Position numbers and translations under genes: made by a program. Shown here one piece after another: positions 1 to 10,154 of a DNA stretch of 51,526 nt. Below the pieces are notes generated by a model. That model was not told the origin of the DNA and ran no database searches. It saw only the letters and a program-made list of their open reading frames with translations. How positions within the stretch are numbered: position 1 is the stretch's first letter; each line of letters opens with the position of its first letter. Source of the DNA: Alphaproteobacteria bacterium 16-39-46 (GTDB taxonomy: Bacteria; Pseudomonadota; Alphaproteobacteria; 16-39-46); contig NCGZ01000007.1 in the NCBI GenBank assembly GCA_002257235.1, positions 1 through 51,526 of the forward strand, read 5' to 3'.

Positions 1-336
1 CAACTTATTTAATTTATGGGGAGCAGTATCAACCTCTCCAAATCTGAAATTAACTTTTTTAGATTTGTCTTATTTTCTTTGTACTTGTCCAAAGTCCAAT
101 TTTTAGACAGTTAGATAAAGAGGGCTGTTCTGATGACTTTTCACTTAAGAGTAGCCTTTCAGTCTTGAAGAAATCTTCTTAACACTTTGATCTTTTTTGT
201 AAATAGCACTTTATCTCGTTTTTTGCTTAAAAGGGGCATTGATTATTTTAAATCAATGCGGCATGCTTATTTCAGGATTAGGCATTAAGGACATGAATTT
301 AACGCATGTTCGACGATCAAGATAGAGAATTTTCAT

Positions 337-558
337 ATGGATGGTCAAAAAAAAGTTAAGAGTTTTGATAAAAAGGCAGGATTAGACCCCCGTCTTTTAG
401 AGGTTCTTGTGTGCCCTTTAACAAAAAAGCCGCTTATTTATGATAAAGAGCAGCAAGAACTTGTGAGTCCTTCAGCAGGGCTTGCCTATCCTATTCGTCA
501 AGGAATCCCGATTATGCTTATTGAAGAAGCACGCTCCTTCGAAGAGGAAAGACCCTAA
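337..558 (+). CDS. ycaR: Trm112-like (UPF0434/YcaR) protein
   Basis: [12 protein letters not shown]...[13 protein letters not shown] signature. Confidence 0.9.
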   Translation: MDGQKKVKSFDKKAGLDPRLLEVLVCPLTKKPLIYDKEQQELVSPSAGLAYPIRQGIPIMLIEEARSFEEERP

Positions 559-686
559 ATGAAATTTTTTTTAAATATTTTTTCGCGAGGTCGACAGAAT
601 TTTACCTCAACCCCCTTGGGGGGTATTTGTTGATTTTTATGTAATAATTTTTTTTTGCAGTTTTTTTAAATTTGGAGGTTCCAAGA

Positions 687-2000
687 ATGGGGCTACTTCA
701 CAGTGTTAATTGGTCATTTTTCAACAAAAAAAATATAAAAGCGCTTTCGATATGGTCCATTGCGGCTTTTTTCTACGGCTATGAGTTCTTTTTAAGAGCG
801 TCTCCCAGTGTGATGCAATCTGAACTTCAGAGAGATTTTTTGTTGGATGCGGAAGGGCTTGGGTTCATTGTTTCTCTGTATTATTGGGCCTATGCTTCCA
901 TGCAGGTTCCAGCCGGAATGCTTATTGATAGATTTGGCCCCCGAAAAATCCTGACCTTGGCAGCCCTTATTTGTGCATTAGGCATTCTTGCTTTTGGATT
1001 TTCAACAGAGCCCGTTTTGGCGGGAGTTTCGCGTTTTATGATTGGGTTTGGTTCTGCCTTTGCGATTATTGGAACCTTTAAACTTGCTGGAAACTGGTTT
1101 CCTGCGTCGCAATTTGCCTTTTTTGCAGGGTTTACCCTTACTTTTGGAACCATTGGAGCGACGCTTGCTGGAGAGCCTTTGGCTGTTCTTGTGAATTGGA
1201 TAGGATGGCGGTCCAGTCTCTTTTTTCTGAGTGGTGTCGGCATTTTGAATGCAGTTGTTTTATGGTTTTTTGTGAAAGATCATCCTTCCTCTCAAAATTC
1301 AAAAATCTTCCCAGAGGCAAACAAGGATGAGAACGCTGGAAAAGTTTGGGAAACTTTTAAAGCTGTGATCTCAAATTCTCAAAGCTGGTATATTGGGGCT
1401 TTTGCAGCCTTCATCTATATCCCCATTACATGTTTTGGGGAACTTTGGGGATTTCCTTTTATTATGAAAAGTTGTTCGTACGGGAAGACAGAAGCTGCCT
1501 TTGTCATTTCTCTTATTTTCATTGGGATTACAGGAGGGGCGCCTCTCTTTGGCTGGCTCTCAGATTCTTGGAAACGGCGAAAAATTCCTCTTTTCATGGG
1601 GACTTTTGGGGCCCTGATTTCTGTCACTATTGCCATTTATGTTCCGAATCTCTCTCTTGGAATCATGTCTTTTTTGATGATTGTTCTCGGGATATGCCTC
1701 GGGTCTCATATGATTCTTTTTGCGCTTATTCGTGAAAATAATCCGCCAAATGCCTCCGCGATTGCCTCTGGATTTGGGAATTTTGTATGCATGATTGTCC
1801 CAGGTCTTATTCAGTATCTTATTGGGGTGTCTTTGGACTTTTTAAACAAAGGAGGCGTTACGACGAATGAAAAGTTTTATAGTCTTTCCAGTTTTAAGAT
1901 CTCTCTCCTTTTTATTCCTGTAGGACTTGTCTTGGCGGCGATTTGTCTCTCTTTTGCGCGTGAAACCTATGCTCGGCAAGTAAATGAGACACGGGTATGA
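687..2000 (+). CDS. MFS transporter
   Basis: About 12 hydrophobic segments; motif A GMLIDRFGPRK and a second GWLSDSWKRRK. ATG at 687 chosen because GGAGG lies at 674-678 (ORF track starts at 672). Confidence 0.9.
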   Translation: MGLLHSVNWSFFNKKNIKALSIWSIAAFFYGYEFFLRASPSVMQSELQRDFLLDAEGLGFIVSLYYWAYASMQVPAGMLIDRFGPRKILTLAALICALGILAFGFSTEPVLAGVSRFMIGFGSAFAIIGTFKLAGNWFPASQFAFFAGFTLTFGTIGATLAGEPLAVLVNWIGWRSSLFFLSGVGILNAVVLWFFVKDHPSSQNSKIFPEANKDENAGKVWETFKAVISNSQSWYIGAFAAFIYIPITCFGELWGFPFIMKSCSYGKTEAAFVISLIFIGITGGAPLFGWLSDSWKRRKIPLFMGTFGALISVTIAIYVPNLSLGIMSFLMIVLGICLGSHMILFALIRENNPPNASAIASGFGNFVCMIVPGLIQYLIGVSLDFLNKGGVTTNEKFYSLSSFKISLLFIPVGLVLAAICLSFARETYARQVNETRV

Positions 2001-2784
2001 AGAAAGATTTTTTGAAAAAAAAGAGGGAAAGAGAAAAAAAATGGGGTCCCCATTCAGTTTGAAGGATACTTTTGGATTTAAGGTCTGGGGATATAGTCTC
2101 TCTTTTTTGATAAATGGAATCCTTATGGGAAGTCTTTTTTTAGGTCTCTGGAAGACAACCACGCTCATAAACGCTTCTTTTTCGTCTCACGTCTTTCCAG
2201 TCCATATTTTACTGGAAGAGGCTTCCCAAGCCTCTTCCATAATGCGGAAGGATGTTTTTTTTCACTCAAAAAATCAAAAAAATAACCTGTCTTCTGGAAA
2301 GAAAAAACAGGATCTTAAAAAATCTTTCCGAAACCAGAAAATGCGGAGAGACTTTTCAGAGGTCCTCTCTCCTGTTTTTAAACCGCTCGAAGCGACTTCA
2401 AAGAGACTTCTCTCTGAGCAAAATAAGGGTGAGAAAACACGGGCAAAACCTGATTTTGAGGTTCTATTGGGGACTTCAGATTCTTTTTTGAAAGCCCCTG
2501 AACTCCTTCAAGGAAGTCCGGTATCGTATCCTGAGGAGGCCAGGCGTCAGGGGTTAGAAGGGGATGTTACGCTTCTTTTGACGATTGATGAAAAAGGCAA
2601 CGTTCATGATGTTTCTGTTCGAAAACAAAGTGGCTGGATACTTCTTGATAATCATGCGGTGGCGCATGCAAAAACAATGAGCTTCCACCCTGCTCTTAAA
2701 GATGGAGAGCCGATTGTTGTTTCTGTTGAAAGAACGCTTTCTTTTCGTCTTGAAGATGAAAAAAATCTATCTTCTCTTGATTGA
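1984..2784 (+). CDS. TonB family energy transducer (N-terminal TM helix, C-terminal TonB domain)
   Basis: YPEEARRQGLEGDVTLLLTIDEKGNV...SG..LLD..A motif. Confidence 0.8.
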   Translation: MRHGYEERFFEKKEGKRKKMGSPFSLKDTFGFKVWGYSLSFLINGILMGSLFLGLWKTTTLINASFSSHVFPVHILLEEASQASSIMRKDVFFHSKNQKNNLSSGKKKQDLKKSFRNQKMRRDFSEVLSPVFKPLEATSKRLLSEQNKGEKTRAKPDFEVLLGTSDSFLKAPELLQGSPVSYPEEARRQGLEGDVTLLLTIDEKGNVHDVSVRKQSGWILLDNHAVAHAKTMSFHPALKDGEPIVVSVERTLSFRLEDEKNLSSLD

Positions 2785-2847
2785 GATCGTACTCTCGATT
2801 AGATTTAAGTGTATGATGACTGTTTTAAAGCCTTAGAAAGAAATTAG

Positions 2848-3543
2848 ATGAGACAATTGTACCATTTTCCGCTCTGTCCGTTTTCAAGGAAGGTACGGGT
2901 CGTCCTCAGTGAAAAGAAACTTGAGGCAACGCTTTTATATGAGCCGATTTGGAAACGTCGTCCAGAATTTCTAAAATTTAATCCTGCGGGTCAAGTTCCT
3001 GTTCTTATCGAAAATATTTTAGTGGACCCCCGTCGTCCTCCGAAAGAACATGTGATTGCCCATAGTCAGGCCATTTGCCAATATTTAGATGAAACTTATT
3101 CTGAAAGACCCTTGATGGGGGACACACCTTTGACACGGGCAGAGGCTCTCAGGCTTATTGGATGGTTTGATGAAAAATTTTTTCTTGAAGTAAGTGGACC
3201 TCTCTTGTTTGAGCGGATTTTTAAACGTTTGGTAGGGCATGGGGGTCCCGACTCTGCGCGCATTCGAAAATCATTGGGATTTATTGCGCTTCACATGAAG
3301 TATCTCGATGAATTGATTCAAGAAAGACATTGGCTTGTGGGAGAGGCACTTTCGATTGCAGATATTGCAGCGGCTTCCCATCTCTCAACGGTTGATTATT
3401 TTGGTAATATTAAGTGGGATGATTATAAACATGCAAAGGAATGGTATGCGCGTCTTAAATGCCGTCCAAGTTTTAGGTCTCTTCTGAAGGATCGTATTCC
3501 GGGGATCCCTCCAGATGAAATTTATGATCATCTTGATTTTTAA
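2848..3543 (+). CDS. fzlA: Glutathione S-transferase-like FtsZ-binding protein FzlA
   Basis: LYHFPLCPFSRKVR, NPAGQVPVL, WYARLKCRPSFR.LL.D. Confidence 0.75.
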   Translation: MRQLYHFPLCPFSRKVRVVLSEKKLEATLLYEPIWKRRPEFLKFNPAGQVPVLIENILVDPRRPPKEHVIAHSQAICQYLDETYSERPLMGDTPLTRAEALRLIGWFDEKFFLEVSGPLLFERIFKRLVGHGGPDSARIRKSLGFIALHMKYLDELIQERHWLVGEALSIADIAAASHLSTVDYFGNIKWDDYKHAKEWYARLKCRPSFRSLLKDRIPGIPPDEIYDHLDF

Positions 3544-3552
3544 AGGGGCAAG

Positions 3553-4404
3553 ATGCTGACACAAAAATCAATATTACTTCTTGGATGTGGATATGTTGGA
3601 AAAATTTTGGGACGTCGCCTTCTCAAAGAAGGGTGGCAAGTGTTTGCAACGACCCGTGCGCCAGAGTCTCAGCAGCATTTAAAGGAGTTAGGGTTTAATC
3701 CTGTTTTATTTTCGAGGCCAGAGCCTTTGGATACCATCACGCATGTCTTGTCCTCTATTCCTCCCTCGCACGCGGGAGATGATGGTCTTTCTTTTTTAAT
3801 CAAACAGAAAAAAAAGCCCTCTTGGATAGGATATCTTTCAAGCACCTCTGTTTATGGGGACCATCACGGAGATTGGGTGGATGAAAATTCTGAAACGCGT
3901 GGAGAGACCCCTGAAGGACTTGGACGACTAAGATCTGAAGATGCTTGGAAAAAATGGGCCGAGAGGCAAGAATGCGCTTTCTTGATTTATCGACTATCAG
4001 GGATTTATGGGCCCTACCGCAACGTTTTTCAAAGGGCAATAGAGGGAACAGATTCTCCAAAAATGAGAAAGCCGAATCACGTGTTTTCACGCATTCATGT
4101 AGATGATATTTGTACATTTCTTGTTAAATCTCTGTCTCTTTCTTCAAAATTTTCTCTTTTCAATGGCGCAGATGATCGGCCAGCCTCTTTTGAGGACGTG
4201 AGAGGCTATGCTTATTCTCTTCTAGGGCACGAAGTCTCTTTTAAAAAAGAAAAAGAAGAAGAAAAAGTGCTCTCCTCTTTCTCTTTTTTTAAAGAAAACA
4301 GGCGTGTTTCAAATCAAAAAATGAAAGAATTTGTCGGAGAGGATCTAAAATTTCCAACTTTTCGAGAAGGATTAAAGGATATTTTTGAAAAGAGGTTGTT
4401 TTAA
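3553..4404 (+). CDS. NAD-dependent epimerase/dehydratase (extended SDR)
   Basis: GCGYVG Rossmann motif, YLSSTSVYGD, RLSGIYGP, SRIHVDD. Confidence 0.85.
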   Translation: MLTQKSILLLGCGYVGKILGRRLLKEGWQVFATTRAPESQQHLKELGFNPVLFSRPEPLDTITHVLSSIPPSHAGDDGLSFLIKQKKKPSWIGYLSSTSVYGDHHGDWVDENSETRGETPEGLGRLRSEDAWKKWAERQECAFLIYRLSGIYGPYRNVFQRAIEGTDSPKMRKPNHVFSRIHVDDICTFLVKSLSLSSKFSLFNGADDRPASFEDVRGYAYSLLGHEVSFKKEKEEEKVLSSFSFFKENRRVSNQKMKEFVGEDLKFPTFREGLKDIFEKRLF

Positions 4405-5558
4405 TGACGTTCCCTACGATTTTGCAGGTCTTACCGAGTCTTGAAACGGGAGGTGTTGAGCAGACAACACTTGATATTGCAGAAGCTCTTCGTCAAAAAG
4501 GATGGGGGGCTGTTGTGGCTTCTCAAGGAGGGCGGCTTGTCGAGACTCTTCGAAAAATGGGGGTTCGTCATATTGATCTTCCTTTAAAATCTAAAAATCC
4601 AGTGCAAATTTGGAAAAATTCAAAAAAATTAAGAGAACTCATAAAAGAGGAAAGAGTTTCTCTTGTTCATGGACGCAGCCGAGCGCCAGCGTGGAGTGCT
4701 TATTGGGCAGCACAAACGCTGAGCATTCCTTTTGTCACGACGTTCCATGGGGCTTATAATTCGTCAGGTCTCTTTAAAAAAAACTACAATGGTATTATGA
4801 CAAGAGGAGATGTCGTCATTGCCAACTCTAAATTTATTGGGCATCAGATAGAGACCTTTTATAAAACACCTTTTGAAAAAATTCGGGTTATACCAAGAGG
4901 TGTTGATCTCGCGTTTTTCAACCCTCAAAAAATTTCTGAGGCTCAAAAAAGAGACCTCAGAAAGGAGTTGGGGCTTTTTTTTGAAGAAGGACGTCCCCTT
5001 TTAATTTTGCCAGGACGACTGACTTCCTGGAAAGGTCAAAAGCTATTTTTAGAGGCATTGCTGGGGCTTAATACAAAAAACTATTTTGCGCTTCTTGTGG
5101 GAGACGACCAGGGACGTCAGGAATACCGGGATCAGTTGGAGACGTTTATAAAAGAAAAAGGATTGTCTGGGCAGGTACAGATTATTGGACATCGGTCCGA
5201 TATGCCTCTTGTTCTCTCTCTTGCCGATGTGGTGATTTCAGCATCAACGGATCCTGAGGCCTTTGGACGGATTATGATTGAGGCCTTTGCGATGGAAAAG
5301 CCCGTGATTGCCCCCGCTCATGGGGGTGCCCTTGAAATTGTGCAAGATCAAAAAAATGGGTTCTTCTTTAAGCCCGGAGACACTGAATCATTGACAGAAG
5401 TCTTAAATAAAATATTATCTCTTTCAAAGGAAGAAAGAAATCGGTTAGGACTATGTGGACGCTCAACGGTTGAGACAGAATTTACCAAAGAGGTGATGTG
5501 TGAACGGACGCTTGATGTTTATAAAGAAGTACTAAATGAAAAAAATTTTAGTTATTAA
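4404..5558 (+). CDS. Glycosyltransferase family 4
   Basis: GGVEQ, TTFHG, EAFGRIMIEAFAM motif. Confidence 0.9.
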   Translation: MTFPTILQVLPSLETGGVEQTTLDIAEALRQKGWGAVVASQGGRLVETLRKMGVRHIDLPLKSKNPVQIWKNSKKLRELIKEERVSLVHGRSRAPAWSAYWAAQTLSIPFVTTFHGAYNSSGLFKKNYNGIMTRGDVVIANSKFIGHQIETFYKTPFEKIRVIPRGVDLAFFNPQKISEAQKRDLRKELGLFFEEGRPLLILPGRLTSWKGQKLFLEALLGLNTKNYFALLVGDDQGRQEYRDQLETFIKEKGLSGQVQIIGHRSDMPLVLSLADVVISASTDPEAFGRIMIEAFAMEKPVIAPAHGGALEIVQDQKNGFFFKPGDTESLTEVLNKILSLSKEERNRLGLCGRSTVETEFTKEVMCERTLDVYKEVLNEKNFSY

Positions 5559-6507
5559 ACTTGGGGCTTTGGGAGACTTTCTACAAGCCTTAGGCCCCTT
5601 TAAAAGTCTCAGAGATTACTATAAAGAAGATCATCTCGTGCTTTTGACAACGCCGGCTTTTAAAGGGTTGGCTGAAGATACGGGTTATTTTAATACCGTT
5701 TTGGTCTTTCCGAGATTAAAAGGAAGACATGTTTTTAAGCTTATGCGGCGTCTTTTGAGTCTTAAAAATCAGAATTTTGAGATGATTTATGATCTTCAGA
5801 CATCTTCGCATACGTCGCGCTATTTTTATTATTTAAGGCTCTTGGGTTGGCGTGGAAAATTTTCAGGAATTGCCTTTGGGTGTAGTCATCCTCATAAAAA
5901 CAAACAGCGGGATCTTCAACATACGCTTGAGCGGCAAAAAGAACAATTGCAGGATGCCGGTCTTTTGAAGGTCTTCCCGCCTGATCTTTCTTTTTTATTA
6001 AAGAAGAAGGTGGGCGTTGAAACAGCCCAAATTCTTGAGACGAATGATCCTTTTGTTATTCTTGTGCCAGGAGGTGCTCCAACACGTCTTCAGAAAAGAT
6101 GGCCTCTTGAAGGATGGTTCGAGATTTTGAATCGGCTAGGGGAAAAGAAAATAAGAGCAATTGTTATAGGGGGACCGGGTGAAAAAGACTTAATTGAAGC
6201 TTTTAAGTCTCCCCATCCTTATCTCACAAATCTTATTGGAAAGACCTCTTTTGTAGATTTAGCCCATTTGGGAAGGCGTGCTTTTTTTGCACTTGGGAAT
6301 GATACAGGACCCATGCATCTCCTTGCTCTTGTTGGATGTCCGTGTACGGTGCTCTTTAATTTAAAGGAATCAAATCCAGATCTTTGTGGCCCCTTTGGAA
6401 AAAAAGTTTGTTATCTGTGTGAAAAAGATTTAAGTAGATTAGAGGTTGATCGTGTATGGAAAAACCTTTTAGAGCATGACAAGGATGCCCTAAAGAAAGA
6501 TTTTTAA
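5536..6507 (+). CDS. Glycosyltransferase family 9 (LPS heptosyltransferase-like)
   Basis: IKLGALGDF, KRWP, GNDTGPMHL. Confidence 0.9.
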   Translation: MKKILVIKLGALGDFLQALGPFKSLRDYYKEDHLVLLTTPAFKGLAEDTGYFNTVLVFPRLKGRHVFKLMRRLLSLKNQNFEMIYDLQTSSHTSRYFYYLRLLGWRGKFSGIAFGCSHPHKNKQRDLQHTLERQKEQLQDAGLLKVFPPDLSFLLKKKVGVETAQILETNDPFVILVPGGAPTRLQKRWPLEGWFEILNRLGEKKIRAIVIGGPGEKDLIEAFKSPHPYLTNLIGKTSFVDLAHLGRRAFFALGNDTGPMHLLALVGCPCTVLFNLKESNPDLCGPFGKKVCYLCEKDLSRLEVDRVWKNLLEHDKDALKKDF

Positions 6508-6517
6508 GGGTTGAAAG

Positions 6518-8446
6518 ATGAAAGACGTTCTTGAGATAAAATTACCAGATGGATCTTGCCGCACATATCCCCAAAAAGGGAACATCGTGACGGGAGAAAG
6601 CATCGCTGCTTCCATTGGGAAGCGTTTGGCAGAAGATGCTGTTGCGATTCGTGTGAATGGCACGCTGAGAGATTTGACGCGTCCTCTTGGGGAAGATGCT
6701 TCCATTGAAATTATTACCCGTCAAGATCCAGAGGGTCTTGAGATTTTACGTCATGATACGGCTCATATTTTAGCGGAAGCTGTCAAAGAGCTCTATCCAG
6801 AAACTCAAATTACCATTGGTCCAGCCATCGAAAACGGTTTTTATTACGATTTTTATCGAAAAGAGGCATTTTCCACGGAAGATTTTGAGACCATTGAGAA
6901 AAAGATGCGGGAAATTATTGATCGAAATACGCCTTTTGAGCGTGAAGAATGGTCCCGTGATGACGCTCTCACTTTTTTTAAAAACCAAGGAGAAGCATTT
7001 AAGGCAGAACTTATCGAAAGTATCCCCAAGGGAGAGACGATTACCCTTTACCGTCAAGGGGATTTTATTGACCTTTGTCGGGGGCCTCATTTGCCATCGA
7101 CGGGAAAAATTGGAAAACACTTTAAGCTTATGAAGCTTGCAGGGGCTTATTGGCGTGGCAACTCCAACAATCCTATGCTGCAACGTATGTATGGGACGGC
7201 GTGGGCAACAGAAAAAGAATTAAAGGATTATTTATATCAACTGGAAGAGGCAGAAAAGCGGGATCATCGTAAGTTAGGGTTAGAGATGAATTTATTTCAT
7301 CTTCAAGAAGAGGCACGGGGGAGTATTTTTTGGCATCCCAAAGGATGGGCCCTTTATGTTCTTCTTCAAAATTATATGAGAAAACGTCTTTCCAAACAAG
7401 GTTATCAAGAAGTTCATACGCCAGAGATTTTAGATCGGAGTTTATGGGAGGCGTCAGGTCATTGGGAGAAATTCCGTGAGGAGATGTTTGTTCTAAAAGA
7501 TGAAGATCGTGACCTTGCTTTAAAACCGATGAGTTGCCCTGGGCATATTCAAATTTTTAAACAAGGGATTAAGAGTTATCGGGATCTTCCTTTAAGGTTT
7601 TCTGAGTTTGGGTCCTGTCATCGTAATGAACCTTCTGGGTCTCTCCATGGCCTTATGCGGGTTCGCAGTCTTGTTCAAGACGATGCGCATATCTTTTGTA
7701 CTCCAGAACAAATTAAAGAAGAGACGGTCTCTTTTTGTGCTCTTTTACGCTCTATTTATAAAGATTTTGGATTTGAAGATATTGCAGTGAAATTTTCGGA
7801 TCGTCCTTTAAAACGTGCTGGGTCTGATGAGGTTTGGGATAAAGCTGAAAAAGCTTTGAGAGAAGCAGCCGAGGCTTCGGGCATTGAGCTTATTTTGAAT
7901 CCTGGAGAAGGTGCTTTTTATGGTCCTAAATTGGAGTTTGTCCTTAAAGATGCCATTGGACGTGATTGGCAATTGGGGACACTTCAGGTTGATTTTATTT
8001 TGCCAGAGCGTCTTGGAGCCTCCTATGTTGGAGAAGATGGTCAAAAACATATTCCGGTTATGATACATCGGGCTATTTTTGGATCCATGGAAAGATTTAT
8101 CGGAATCCTTCTCGAACATTTTGCAGGGAAACTTCCTCTTTGGTTAGCGCCGATTCAAGTTCAAGTTTTAACCATTACTTCTGATGCAGAAATTTATGGA
8201 AAACAAGCTCTTGAAGCGTTAAAAAATGCAGGATTGCGTGCAGAAGGGGACTTTAGGAATGAAAAGATTTCCTATAAGATCCGGGAGCATAGTCTTCAAA
8301 AAATTCCTGTTTTGTTGATTATTGGAAAAAAAGAAGCAGAATTAAATCAGGTAACACTTCGGGTATTCGGAAAAGAAGGGCAAGAAACGCTTGCACTTTC
8401 TGATGCAGTTGCTAAACTTTCTTTAGAAGGAAAAGGTCCTTTTTAA
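6518..8446 (+). CDS. thrS: Threonine-tRNA ligase
   Basis: TGS domain, [40 protein letters not shown]. Confidence 0.98.
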   Translation: MKDVLEIKLPDGSCRTYPQKGNIVTGESIAASIGKRLAEDAVAIRVNGTLRDLTRPLGEDASIEIITRQDPEGLEILRHDTAHILAEAVKELYPETQITIGPAIENGFYYDFYRKEAFSTEDFETIEKKMREIIDRNTPFEREEWSRDDALTFFKNQGEAFKAELIESIPKGETITLYRQGDFIDLCRGPHLPSTGKIGKHFKLMKLAGAYWRGNSNNPMLQRMYGTAWATEKELKDYLYQLEEAEKRDHRKLGLEMNLFHLQEEARGSIFWHPKGWALYVLLQNYMRKRLSKQGYQEVHTPEILDRSLWEASGHWEKFREEMFVLKDEDRDLALKPMSCPGHIQIFKQGIKSYRDLPLRFSEFGSCHRNEPSGSLHGLMRVRSLVQDDAHIFCTPEQIKEETVSFCALLRSIYKDFGFEDIAVKFSDRPLKRAGSDEVWDKAEKALREAAEASGIELILNPGEGAFYGPKLEFVLKDAIGRDWQLGTLQVDFILPERLGASYVGEDGQKHIPVMIHRAIFGSMERFIGILLEHFAGKLPLWLAPIQVQVLTITSDAEIYGKQALEALKNAGLRAEGDFRNEKISYKIREHSLQKIPVLLIIGKKEAELNQVTLRVFGKEGQETLALSDAVAKLSLEGKGPF

Positions 8447-8483
8447 AGGAAACAAATGTTCAATTTAACTAAAGGAGACAATC

Positions 8484-9104
8484 ATTAGTTCCATGAAAGA
8501 TACAAATTCGACTACGCCACGGACGCCTTATCAAGGTCCTCCCAAACGGTCCTCTCAAGATTCAGATCCAACCTCACGGTCGCGTGATGGACGTTCTGCG
8601 CCTGAGGGGCCGCGGCTCAATTCTGCCATTCGGGCACTTCAAGTGCGTGTTGTGGGAGAGGATGGCGAAATGATTGGCGTCTTGAGTCGTAAGGAAGCAC
8701 TTGATCGCGCTATGGAGGTTGGTCTTGATCTTGTCGAAGTATCGCCGGATGCTGATCCACCTGTTTGTAAGATATTAGATTATGGAAAGCATAAGTATCA
8801 CGAGCAAAAAAAACTTGCGGCGGCTCGAAAAAAACAAAAAGTCGTCGAAATCAAGGAAATTAAAGTGCGTCCTGTGACGGATGAGAATGACTATCAAGTT
8901 AAATTACGGGCCATGAAGCGTTTTATTGAAGAGGGGAACAAGGTAAAGGTTGTTCTTCGATTTAAAGGACGCGAAATCAGCCATCATGAGCTGGGTCTTA
9001 AAGTTTTGGAACGCATTAAAGTTGATATGGACCTCTTTTCAAAAGTTGAGCTTGATCCAAAATTTGAAGGTCGCCAGATGATTATGATGCTGGGTCCAAA
9101 ATAG
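8484..9104 (+). CDS. infC: Translation initiation factor IF-3 (probable ATT start at 8484)
   Basis: LDLVEVSP..PPVCKILDYGK, KEIKVRP, FKGRE. In-frame ATT lies 6 nt after AGGAG (8473-8477); first ATG is at 8493. Confidence 0.95.
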   Translation: MSSMKDTNSTTPRTPYQGPPKRSSQDSDPTSRSRDGRSAPEGPRLNSAIRALQVRVVGEDGEMIGVLSRKEALDRAMEVGLDLVEVSPDADPPVCKILDYGKHKYHEQKKLAAARKKQKVVEIKEIKVRPVTDENDYQVKLRAMKRFIEEGNKVKVVLRFKGREISHHELGLKVLERIKVDMDLFSKVELDPKFEGRQMIMMLGPK

Positions 9105-9156
9105 CAGCCAAAGGCGTATTAAAAACCCACTTCCTTGTGAAACCAGGAAATTTAAG

Positions 9157-9714
9157 ATGGATGAGACCTCTATTTTAAAAGCTTTTTTTGAAAAAGCAGG
9201 AGAGGTGGGTTTTTATAATGTTTCTTACGAAGAACTTTCTGAGGCGCTTTCCTTAGAAAGCTCATTTCTGAGCCATCAGTTTCCGACGCCGATTGATTTT
9301 TTAAAAGCACTTTTAAACAATCTGGATAAAATTTCTCCAGAGCCTGAAGATTTATCAGAATTGACTCTTAAAGAATCTTTATTTGAGTGTTTTATGTCTC
9401 GGATTGAGGCTCTTGAGCTTTACCAAAAAGGGCTTAGACGGCTTATTGTCGATTTTGAAAAATCTTTCTTTTGTGACGGAAAAATGATCTTTTTGTTGAA
9501 AGACATGACGCCTTTTTTTTTAAAGAGTATGACCTCTATTTTAAATCAAGTGGGAGTTGAACCTCAAACGTCCAAAAAAATGGCGCTCCTTATTGTATAT
9601 GGTCTCACCCTTCGGATATGGGCCCATGATGAAACGCTTGATCATTCTCAAACGCTCCAAGCTCTTGATCATGCCCTTGATCTTCTGATGCTCAAGTATG
9701 AAGGATTTGCATGA
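9157..9714 (+). CDS. TetR-like/COQ9-related hypothetical protein
   Basis: N-terminal HTH-like GFYNVSYEELSEAL; C-terminal W.HDET.D...T..ALD..L. Confidence 0.5.
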   Translation: MDETSILKAFFEKAGEVGFYNVSYEELSEALSLESSFLSHQFPTPIDFLKALLNNLDKISPEPEDLSELTLKESLFECFMSRIEALELYQKGLRRLIVDFEKSFFCDGKMIFLLKDMTPFFLKSMTSILNQVGVEPQTSKKMALLIVYGLTLRIWAHDETLDHSQTLQALDHALDLLMLKYEGFA

Positions 9715-9767
9715 TATTAAAGTTTAGCGTTTGAAGGTTTGTTTTTTAAGAGTAGGGAAAAGGGTTT

Positions 9768-10154
9768 ATGCAAAAAGAAATGATTTTGACCACACGTGCA
9801 CCAAAGCCTTTTGGATCGTATTCTCAGGCTATAAAATTTGCGGAATTGCTCTTTATTTCTGGTCAATTGCCTATAAAAGAAGGGACCCAAGAAATAATTT
9901 CAGAGGATCCTATCGAGCAATTGTATCAATGTTTTGAGAATATCAAAAATATCTGTGAAGCTGCTGGTACAGATATGAATCAGGCTCTCAAAATTAACGT
10001 CTATTATACTGACAGTGATGTGTCAGATAATCTTAATAACGTAATGGAAAATCTATTTACTGAGCCCTATCCGGCACGGATTAGAATAAGGGTAGCAGGT
10101 CTTTCCAAAAATGCAAAAGTAGAAATTGATGGAGTATTTATATGTCCCAATTAA
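9768..10154 (+). CDS. ridA: RidA/YjgF enamine-imine deaminase
   Basis: APKPFGSYSQA, LFISGQLP, PYPAR, KVEIDG. Confidence 0.85.
   Translation: MQKEMILTTRAPKPFGSYSQAIKFAELLFISGQLPIKEGTQEIISEDPIEQLYQCFENIKNICEAAGTDMNQALKINVYYTDSDVSDNLNNVMENLFTEPYPARIRIRVAGLSKNAKVEIDGVFICPN

Noticed and set aside
1-336. Possible ncRNA or partial gene at the window start
   Set aside because: No tRNA or riboswitch structure and no ORF recognised.
890-8119. Antisense and alternate-frame ORFs inside the MFS, tonB, epimerase, GT4 and thrS genes (e.g. 890-1243, 1842-2168, 6770-7183)
   Set aside because: They are shadows of well-supported genes and have no motifs.
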